Part shown: one piece after another, positions 53,725 through 60,875 of the stretch
Numbering within the stretch: the stretch's first letter is position 1
Layout: each line of letters begins with the position of its first letter
Made by a program: the position numbers and the translations under genes
Source: an uncultured Acetatifactor sp.
GTDB taxonomy: Bacteria > Bacillota > Clostridia > Lachnospirales > Lachnospiraceae
Length of the DNA: 64,000 nt
Direction of reading: 5' to 3'
Assembly (NCBI GenBank): GCA_964018205.1
Contig: CAXHOW010000001.1
Span: 158,150 to 222,149 of the forward strand
Notes under the pieces: generated by a model
The model's input: the letters and a program-made list of their open reading frames with translations, nothing else
The model's database searches: none
What the model was told of the DNA's origin: nothing

Positions 53725-54462
53725 CTACTGTACAACCGTGCTGATGGTAATATTCTCTGCGGAAACCTCTGTTTTACGCTTCACGATGTCCTCGATCTGG
53801 GCTCTCATGATGTCGTCAAGGGCAGGTGCGTTCACCACCACATCCACGGCATTGCCGTTGATGCTTACTACCACGTCCCGAAAGCCCTTTGCCTCCAGCA
53901 GGATCTCGGCCGCCGCTTCTTTCTCCGCGATAGCGGTCATCTCCACCATGCTGTCCACCGCCGCCTGCTTCTGCTCGTCGCTGATGCCGGCGCTGTTGAT
54001 GATTTCCAACAGAGTCTCCTTGTTCTTTGCCCTGGTCTGCTCCTTCAAGAGCTTTGCGTCCGAGAGCAGGGCCACGCCCTGAGTGGATGTAAACACTGCC
54101 TCACCGGGAATCTCGCCTTCCTCCGGAACAGGGCCTGCCGCCTCTCCCTCCGCCGTGCCAGATGTGTCCACCACCTGCATATCCGAATCCAGATAGTCTT
54201 CCACAATGATGTCCCCGTCGTTGTCAAGGCTTTCAATGTCCATAAGGCCCGCCAGCAGATCCTCCTCGGACAGATCCAGAAGTCCGTCCGCCGTGTAGTT
54301 CTCGTTTATGATACCGTCGGAATCCACCGGACTGGTATCGTTTCCTCCCTTGGTGTACTCATCCTGCAAACCGGTTCCCGCAAACTGCAGATAGCCTGCA
54401 ATCGCAATCATGATTGCCAGTGCGGTTATCATAAGCTGATTTTTTTTGATTAGGTTTTTCAC
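53725..54462 (-). CDS. spoIIIAH: Stage III sporulation protein AH
   Basis: 245 aa. N-terminal TM segment LMITALAIMIAIAGYLQF. Last gene of the spoIIIA operon order. Confidence 0.8.
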   Translation of the reverse strand: MKNLIKKNQLMITALAIMIAIAGYLQFAGTGLQDEYTKGGNDTSPVDSDGIINENYTADGLLDLSEEDLLAGLMDIESLDNDGDIIVEDYLDSDMQVVDTSGTAEGEAAGPVPEEGEIPGEAVFTSTQGVALLSDAKLLKEQTRAKNKETLLEIINSAGISDEQKQAAVDSMVEMTAIAEKEAAAEILLEAKGFRDVVVSINGNAVDVVVNAPALDDIMRAQIEDIVKRKTEVSAENITISTVVQ

Positions 54463-54521
54463 TTTGTTTCCCCTCTTTGTGTTTTGCTACTTTATTGTAT
54501 GAGCCCTGCTGCCAATATATG

Positions 54522-55196
54522 CTATTCATTTGTCCCCATTTTCACCACCTTGACCTTATGGGCCTCCACACCGAAAAGCGCCTGAACGATCTCCACGATG
54601 GTGCGGTTCACAGTGCCGTTCCCAGCGCCCTCCGCCACCACTACCACACCCTCCACCTGAGGCGGCAGGGTCTTGATGACATAGGGTTCGCTGGTGCTTC
54701 CCTCCGTGCGGTATACCGTATTCTCTTCCGTCTCCATCTGGCTCACGATACGGCTTCCTCCCTGAGAATCGCTTTCATTGGTAGTGGAGCGCTTCACAGG
54801 CTCCTCCTTTTCCACCACCAGTTCACTAGATGATTTCAATGTAATCATCACCTTTACTTTACCTACATCCGATATCTGGGAAAGGGTCTCTGTCAGACGC
54901 TGCTCCAGATAACCGGCATATTCTTCCTCTGTGTTTTCCGTTCCCCCATTCCGGCTGGAGGAACCCGCTGTTCCTTCATCGTCTTCCAGCCCCGGGGAAC
55001 CCGACTCTGCAAGCCACGAACTGCCCTTTCCCACGTCCGTCACGGCGTCTCCCTGATTCTTTTCTCCGCTTTCCTTGGTGGGAAGCGCTATGATGACCAG
55101 CAGGATCCCTGTCAGCACCAGCACGATGAGATTATCCCTGCGAAACCATTTCAGCAGCCCCTTGTCCGCCATCCATTTCTTCCAGTCCCTGCCCAT
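54522..55196 (-). CDS. spoIIIAG: Stage III sporulation protein AG
   Basis: Start at ATG 55196 (GGGAG upstream). TM segment LIVLVLTGILLVIIALP. Conserved C-terminal VEGVVVVAEGA...IVEIVQALFGVEAHKVKV. Confidence 0.8.
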   Translation of the reverse strand: MGRDWKKWMADKGLLKWFRRDNLIVLVLTGILLVIIALPTKESGEKNQGDAVTDVGKGSSWLAESGSPGLEDDEGTAGSSSRNGGTENTEEEYAGYLEQRLTETLSQISDVGKVKVMITLKSSSELVVEKEEPVKRSTTNESDSQGGSRIVSQMETEENTVYRTEGSTSEPYVIKTLPPQVEGVVVVAEGAGNGTVNRTIVEIVQALFGVEAHKVKVVKMGTNE

Positions 55197-55305
55197 GATC
55201 TCCCTCTCGATTCCTGCATATTTCCAGATCCGTATCCTCTGCCCATAGCCGGGCATCAGTTCTGCCCGACGCTTTTTTCCGACACGTCTATTTCCTCCGG
55301 CATAC

Positions 55306-55866
55306 CTATTTCTCCTGAATGCCTATGGTCACAGGCTCCACCGGTTCCACATCGACCGCCACGCCTATCCTGTTCTCCCCGCCATCTCCTGCACCTGCTG
55401 CATCCGGCGCTCTCTCCCCGGCATCTCCCTGCCTGCCTGCGGTGCCTGTTCCGCTTTCTTCCTTCCCTCCTGCCCCTATGACATCCTCCTGCATTTCCCC
55501 TGTCCCGCCTGCAGACTGCTCCTCTGCAGACTGCTCCTCTGCAGACTGCTCCTCCAGACGCTTCCGCAGCTCCTCCAGCGTCATCTGCTCCAGAACCGCA
55601 TCCGCCTCCTCCGCTTTTTTTTGGGCATCCGCCATGCTCTGTCCCAGCTCCTGCCTAAACTGCTCCAGCATATCCTTCGCCTCCTGTCCCCCGCCGCCCA
55701 GCAGAAAACTGCCGACCGGCAGAAACAGCTGTATCAGTACCATAACGCTCACCAGAAGCTTTAAGTACTTTTCATAAGCTTCCTGCGGCCTGAAATGTAT
55801 CATCGCCTGCGCGCATATCATAAATATTCCGACCCGGCAGATTGCCTGAAAAAATATATTCTGCAT
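55306..55866 (-). CDS. spoIIIAF: Stage III sporulation protein AF
   Basis: 186 aa. N-terminal membrane segment with YLKLLVSVMVLIQLFLP. Position in the operon supports the call. Confidence 0.75.
   Translation of the reverse strand: MQNIFFQAICRVGIFMICAQAMIHFRPQEAYEKYLKLLVSVMVLIQLFLPVGSFLLGGGGQEAKDMLEQFRQELGQSMADAQKKAEEADAVLEQMTLEELRKRLEEQSAEEQSAEEQSAGGTGEMQEDVIGAGGKEESGTGTAGRQGDAGERAPDAAGAGDGGENRIGVAVDVEPVEPVTIGIQEK
55511..55555. repeat. 15-bp tandem repeat x3 inside spoIIIAF
   Basis: GCAGACTGCTCCTCT at 55511 and 55526, and GCAGACTGCTCCTCC at 55541. Encodes AEEQS three times. Confidence 0.95.
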
Positions 55867-55941
55867 TCCGATCCCCCCACTTTTCCGACAGCTTTACTGA
55901 TCCGAACAGCAATAAGCCAAATCAGTACAGCATTGCCCTCA

Positions 55942-56982
55942 TCATACTGCAGTCACCGCAATGGCGATCAAAAACAGCAGCAGCGCCGTCCCGGTAGTCC
56001 GCAGAAGCAGAAGCCCCGCGTCCCCCGCCCTATCGGCGCACAAGGTTATCCTCTTGTCGCTGACGATTCCCATAAATGCTGCCGCCGCCTTCAGGAGCCC
56101 TGCGATCACCCCGATTTTAAAAAGAGGCACCGCACAGAGCAGGAGGAGCAGCAGAAGCAGTATCACCCCTATACTGTTGCGGATGACCATCGCGGACCCA
56201 AGGGCCAGCTCCGCCACTCCCCCGGCGGCGCCCCCTATCCCGGGTATGGCGGAGATCAGCCGCTGCAGGGCCGAGGTTCTGGCAGAATCCACCACCGGGG
56301 CGATCAGCGCCTGAAACACCCCTATCCCTGTCACCACCCACAGCGCAGCCTTCAGACTCCACCCTATTATCTTGCCCAGAAGTTCTATCAGAAGCCCAAG
56401 CTTCTCCTCCGTCCATATACCGTTGACCACCGACAGCATGACAAAGCTGTAGATCAGAGGAATCAGCCCCGCCGACAGCACATACTCCACCCCGTACACC
56501 GCCAGCAGCATCATCTGGTACGAGGCTCCCGCCGTCACCGCCCCCGAGGAGACACCTACCGCAAGCAGATACGCAGGTACCAGAAGCTTCACAAACAGAA
56601 TAATGTTCTCTACGGTCTGCACTGCGATGTCCACCGCCTGAGAAAAGCATTTCAGCAGCACCGTGATAAAAAGCAGATACATGAAGTAGAACCCCATGTC
56701 CGCCACCTGACGCCTATTGAATATCTCCACAAAATGGGTCATCAGGGAAGACACGATCCCGAGCACCAGCAGCCATACGAACACATTTCTCATTCCCGCC
56801 AGCTGTCCCAGAAAATCCGAAATGCCGCCCTGAAACAACAGCTCCAGCGCCCCGAAGATATCCCCTGACATCACCGTCTGGAACATTCGCTCCAGACTGA
56901 GCTGCCTCTCCGGAAAGAGCGAGCTAATGCCCTCTTCCAGCTTGTCCAGCCCATAATCCTGCCAAATCAGACTCAGATCCAT
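55942..56982 (-). CDS. spoIIIAE: Stage III sporulation protein AE
   Basis: Start at ATG 56982. Large polytopic membrane protein at the expected operon position. Confidence 0.85.
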   Translation of the reverse strand: MDLSLIWQDYGLDKLEEGISSLFPERQLSLERMFQTVMSGDIFGALELLFQGGISDFLGQLAGMRNVFVWLLVLGIVSSLMTHFVEIFNRRQVADMGFYFMYLLFITVLLKCFSQAVDIAVQTVENIILFVKLLVPAYLLAVGVSSGAVTAGASYQMMLLAVYGVEYVLSAGLIPLIYSFVMLSVVNGIWTEEKLGLLIELLGKIIGWSLKAALWVVTGIGVFQALIAPVVDSARTSALQRLISAIPGIGGAAGGVAELALGSAMVIRNSIGVILLLLLLLLCAVPLFKIGVIAGLLKAAAAFMGIVSDKRITLCADRAGDAGLLLLRTTGTALLLFLIAIAVTAV

Positions 56983-57042
56983 TATGACGCCCCCTCTCCG
57001 GCTCTTTTTGTGCATCCGCCGTCACGGCTTCTCGGTGTCCCC

Positions 57043-57429
57043 CTACAGAAAGCTATGTATCTGCTCGATGACGGCAAACAGGATAGGCAGCCCCGCAAAC
57101 ATCACTGTCAGCTTCCCCAGTACCTCGATCTGGCCGGCCACGGCCTGATATCCCGCATCCCTGCAGATTCCGGAGCTGAATTCACAGATATACGTGATTC
57201 CGATCACCTTCAGCAGGATGGCCAGATACTCCTCCCCGCCCTTCAGATAGACCTTGATTCTCGCAAACTGCTCCGTCACAAATGTCACCTGACGCATACA
57301 GAAACAAAATATGACGATGCTGACCGCCAGCCCGATATAGGTCGCATATTCCGGCCTGCTCCCCCGAAACTGCACCGCCAGCAGCACTCCTGCGATTCCC
57401 AAAAAGGCAACCTTCACAAGCTCTGCCAT
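57043..57429 (-). CDS. spoIIIAD: Stage III sporulation protein AD
   Basis: 128 aa, four hydrophobic segments. KVIGITYICEFSSGICRDAGY is typical of SpoIIIAD. Confidence 0.85.
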   Translation of the reverse strand: MAELVKVAFLGIAGVLLAVQFRGSRPEYATYIGLAVSIVIFCFCMRQVTFVTEQFARIKVYLKGGEEYLAILLKVIGITYICEFSSGICRDAGYQAVAGQIEVLGKLTVMFAGLPILFAVIEQIHSFL

Positions 57430-57532
57430 ACCGCACCTCCTATTCCGGTATCCCGGCGTCTTCAGACGCCGTCAGTCCTCCCGGCGCACAGATGCCGGGA
57501 CGAATGCCGTTTTATTCCAGTTCCACAATGAT

Positions 57533-57727
57533 TCATAGGGCAAACAAGGTCTGTATGGTCTCGAAGAGCTCGTATATGTAGGGCACAATCCATGTAAGCA
57601 CCAGTATCAGCCCTGCCAGACTGAGCAGGAAAGCATGCTCCTCCCTGCCGCTGTGCTTCAATATCTGGCTCAATATAGTCACCAATATACCTACCGCCGC
57701 TATCTTAAATATCAGACTTACCCCCAT
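57533..57727 (-). CDS. spoIIIAC: Stage III sporulation protein AC
   Basis: 64 aa. IFKIAAVGILVTILSQILKHSGREE is typical of SpoIIIAC. Confidence 0.85.
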   Translation of the reverse strand: MGVSLIFKIAAVGILVTILSQILKHSGREEHAFLLSLAGLILVLTWIVPYIYELFETIQTLFAL

Positions 57728-57749
57728 GCTTCCTCACATTCTGCGGAGT

Positions 57750-58268
57750 CTACCACAACACCAAAACCAGCAACAGCCCTCCCATTGCCCCCAGACCTAC
57801 CGCCATTCTGCATTTTTCCGCGTTTTCCAGTTCCAGCTTTTCTTCGGTTGCCTGCAGCAGCTCCATGCTATGTTCTATGGTGCGCAGCTGCATCTGTCCG
57901 TCCATGAACCCTGTCTGTGCCGTGAATCTCATGAAATTCTCCCTATCTTCCTCCTTCAGCGGCATCGCCTTAAGCGCCCCTTCCGTCTCCTCCCGGAAAA
58001 CATCCCCGAAGGATATCCCTGTATTTTCTTCCATCCTTCTGCCTATGCGCGAAAAAGCCTCACCTAAGGGTTCCTCCAGATATCTCGCCACCCGGCTGCA
58101 GCACTCCGGCAGAGTGGCCCTGCCGTATCGTACTTCACCTGCCAGCAGCTCCAGAATGTGAATCAGGCTGCGGAGGGTCTTTTTCCTTCCCTCCAGCTGA
58201 AAACGATACCAGACTCCCAGTCCGAGACAGCCGCTGAAGATCATACAGCCTCCCAGAATCCTGATCAA
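57750..58268 (-). CDS. spoIIIAB: Stage III sporulation protein AB
   Basis: 172 aa. TTG start 5 nt after GGGAGGGAGG. LLAGEVRYGRATLPE is typical of SpoIIIAB. Confidence 0.8.
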   Translation of the reverse strand: MIRILGGCMIFSGCLGLGVWYRFQLEGRKKTLRSLIHILELLAGEVRYGRATLPECCSRVARYLEEPLGEAFSRIGRRMEENTGISFGDVFREETEGALKAMPLKEEDRENFMRFTAQTGFMDGQMQLRTIEHSMELLQATEEKLELENAEKCRMAVGLGAMGGLLLVLVLW

Positions 58269-59202
58269 ACGCCTCCCTCCCCTCTTCCATATGCCGCACT
58301 ACACATTTCCCCTCCGCCTTTCCCAGCACTATGAACAGCCCGAACAGCCTCTCCCAGAAAGCCCTCTCCAGCCCGAACCTCCGCTCCACGTCCTGCCTGT
58401 TCTCTCCATGTGCCGTTGCCAGAATCCTGCACCCGCATGCCGCCGCCTGCTCCAGAGCCTTCAGCTCCCCCTCGCTGCCCAGCTCGTCGATGGCAATGAC
58501 CTGAGGCGACATGGAGCGCAGGAGCAGCAGCATTCCTTTCTCCTTGGGACAGCCGTCCAGCACATCCGTCCGCATCCCCATGTCATTCTGAGGCACCCCC
58601 AGAAAGGAGCCTGCCAGCTCGGACCGCTCGTCCACTACCCCCACATCCAGCCCCTCCCCCCATGCGTTGCCGTCCGATACCTGCCGGATAAGATCCCGCA
58701 GCAGGGTTGTCTTGCCGCATCCGGGAGGTGAGATGATCAGCGCGCTCCTTAAGCGCCCCTCCCGGTACATCCTATGGAGAATCTTGTCCGCCGCCCCCTT
58801 TTTTTGGTGGGATACCCTGATATTGATATAGGAAATGTTCTTCAATGTCCTTAAGCTCCCGTCCGCCTCCAGCACGGCTTGTCCCGCCACCCCCACCCGG
58901 TGTCCCCCCGCGACAGTGACAAAGCCCCGCCGCAGCTCCTCCTCAAAGGCGTAGGGCGAGTAATGGCAGATATGCTCCAGCATCTCCGAAAGCTCCCTGT
59001 CCTCCGCGCGGCGGGCGTGAAAGACGGAATCCGTAAAGTCCCCCTGCTGTGTGAGAAACACCTCACTGCCATCCATGTGCAGCACGATAGGCCTGCCTGC
59101 CCTCAGCCGGATTTCCTGAAGGTTTTCCTGCTCCCGGGCCGCCCTCTGCCAGAATTCCCGGTATCTTGTGGGAAACATCTGCAAAATAGAGTTCTCCATC
59201 AA
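58135..59202 (-). CDS. spoIIIAA: Stage III sporulation protein AA (AAA+ ATPase)
   Basis: 355 aa. Walker A ISPPGCGKTT and Walker B VIAIDELG. The last 44 or so codons overlap spoIIIAB out of frame. Confidence 0.85.
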   Translation of the reverse strand: MMENSILQMFPTRYREFWQRAAREQENLQEIRLRAGRPIVLHMDGSEVFLTQQGDFTDSVFHARRAEDRELSEMLEHICHYSPYAFEEELRRGFVTVAGGHRVGVAGQAVLEADGSLRTLKNISYINIRVSHQKKGAADKILHRMYREGRLRSALIISPPGCGKTTLLRDLIRQVSDGNAWGEGLDVGVVDERSELAGSFLGVPQNDMGMRTDVLDGCPKEKGMLLLLRSMSPQVIAIDELGSEGELKALEQAAACGCRILATAHGENRQDVERRFGLERAFWERLFGLFIVLGKAEGKCVVRHMEEGREAFDQDSGRLYDLQRLSRTGSLVSFSAGGKEKDPPQPDSHSGAAGR

Positions 59203-59220
59203 CCTGTCCTCCTACTCACA

Positions 59221-59248
59221 AATATATGAGCAAACCCTCCGGATATTC
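59221..59248 (-). promoter_or_regulatory. Sigma-E-type promoter candidate for the spoIIIA operon
   Basis: Minus strand reads GAATATC, 13 nt, CATATATT, about 20 nt upstream of the spoIIIAA start. This is a loose match to the recalled consensus kmATATT-N14-CATACAhT. Confidence 0.3.
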
Positions 59249-59285
59249 CTGCCCTGCATCTGAAAACCTCAAAATAAATTTCCGC

Positions 59286-59318
59286 AAAAAAAGACAGCCC
59301 CGGAAATCCAAGGCTGCC
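59286..59318 (-). terminator. Terminator after the second transglutaminase-like gene
   Basis: Minus strand reads CAGCC-(12 nt)-GGCTG followed by TCTTTTTTT. Confidence 0.5.
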
Positions 59319-59345
59319 TCACAGCACAGAAATATCAAAAAATTG

Positions 59346-60860
59346 TCAATACGTATATACATTATGGTACAGACGGTAATATCCGCCTCCCAGACGCTGT
59401 ACCTGCAGCTGGAGGACAAAATTCTCCACCCCCAGCGCCTTCAGCGCCTCGTTTACATAGCCCTTCCAGTAATCACCTCTGCCGTAGGCCTGCTCCAGAG
59501 TATTCCACAAGGTACTCGGCACCACATTGGAAAACTGCTTATCCCCTATGCCCACCTGCTTCAGAAGATTCAGGCAGTCCTGATAGTACTCCTCCACGGT
59601 CTCCCGGACCTGATCCTCCGTGATGCCTGCTTTCTCCAGATTGATCTGCTTCTGCTCCTCTGCGGTGAGTCCCGGGTCTGCCGGCTCCGGTCCGGACTTG
59701 CTCTGCCATCTGAGAGGCTCTATAGGATTGGGATTGATCAGCGCATCCACATTCGAGGACACCGGCTCACTGCTCACCGCCTCGGAAGGATCCGCAAGGC
59801 AGGGAGGGAGGTACACCGCAAGCTCTGTCCTCACATGGGTAGAACCGAACTCCTGATCTGTCTTGTTGTAATAATCATAGGTGGCAGGATCTGTATCATC
59901 CCATGTCACATCCACATTGCGGTAATAGTCTCCCTGCTTTATGATATTCCATGCGTGATCCTCTCCCGCAAAGCCGGTACAGTAATAACAAGGGATCCCC
60001 AGCCGCTGGCAGAGATACTGGAACGCTCTGGCATATCCGGCGCAGACGGTCCTGCCTCCTACCAGTGCGCTGTAGGCGCTCTGGTTCATAGGTGCCGCCG
60101 CATCATACTCCACGATCTGCATCAGGGCATCGTGGACATACCTTTCCTTCTCACTGTCGCTCTCCAGAGTCTGGGCTCCCTCCAGCACCACCTGCGCCAT
60201 AGCCTCAAACTCCTGCCTTGCACTGTCGATATGATCCGCCGTGTCATTGTACTTCAAAGTGATCTCCACACAGCTGCCGCTTCTCAGATACTTACAAGAA
60301 TACCCTGTATCCAGCCAGAACAGCTCCGGATGGTCATTGTAGACAGCCTCGAATACCGTCTTCAGCTGCTCCACAGACACATTCACCACCGGCGTAAAGA
60401 CAGTGGTCAGATCCGCCGCATTGGCATATATCTGATGATACAAGGGCCGCATATCCTGCGCCAGCATAGTATAATAGGGATAGAATTCCCCGTCAAATAC
60501 CAGTCCGCTTCCCGTGTCTCCCGGTGCGATGACCCCGGACAGGTTATCCGCCTCGTTCTGGGCGATCTGCTCCCCGCTCTCCTGAACGGGCTCATAGCCG
60601 GTCTTGCCGCTGACGGAAGCCGGCGTGTCGGAGGGCAGGCTGTCGGGACTTTCATACCCCTCCCTGCCCTCCATCCATCCTGTATCGACGCCCGGCGCAG
60701 GCTGGCTGTCAGAAATCTGGCCGGGAGCTGCCTGAGCATCGCCCACCCTCTCCGCCAGCATCCGGGTCAGGAAAGGATTCAGCGCACAGACCAGAATCCC
60801 TATGCAGCCGGCCATGATCAGCGCCATTATAGAGAAAAAGATACCCTTCAATATTTTCAT
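59346..60860 (-). CDS. Transglutaminase-like domain protein, membrane anchored
   Basis: 504 aa. N-terminal TM segment IFFSIMALIMAGCIGILVCAL. Catalytic core CAGYARAFQYLCQRLG ... DHAWNII ... VDVTWDD. Paralog of 49039-50367. Confidence 0.75.
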   Translation of the reverse strand: MKILKGIFFSIMALIMAGCIGILVCALNPFLTRMLAERVGDAQAAPGQISDSQPAPGVDTGWMEGREGYESPDSLPSDTPASVSGKTGYEPVQESGEQIAQNEADNLSGVIAPGDTGSGLVFDGEFYPYYTMLAQDMRPLYHQIYANAADLTTVFTPVVNVSVEQLKTVFEAVYNDHPELFWLDTGYSCKYLRSGSCVEITLKYNDTADHIDSARQEFEAMAQVVLEGAQTLESDSEKERYVHDALMQIVEYDAAAPMNQSAYSALVGGRTVCAGYARAFQYLCQRLGIPCYYCTGFAGEDHAWNIIKQGDYYRNVDVTWDDTDPATYDYYNKTDQEFGSTHVRTELAVYLPPCLADPSEAVSSEPVSSNVDALINPNPIEPLRWQSKSGPEPADPGLTAEEQKQINLEKAGITEDQVRETVEEYYQDCLNLLKQVGIGDKQFSNVVPSTLWNTLEQAYGRGDYWKGYVNEALKALGVENFVLQLQVQRLGGGYYRLYHNVYTY

Positions 60861-60875
60861 ATTCTGTACGCCTGC

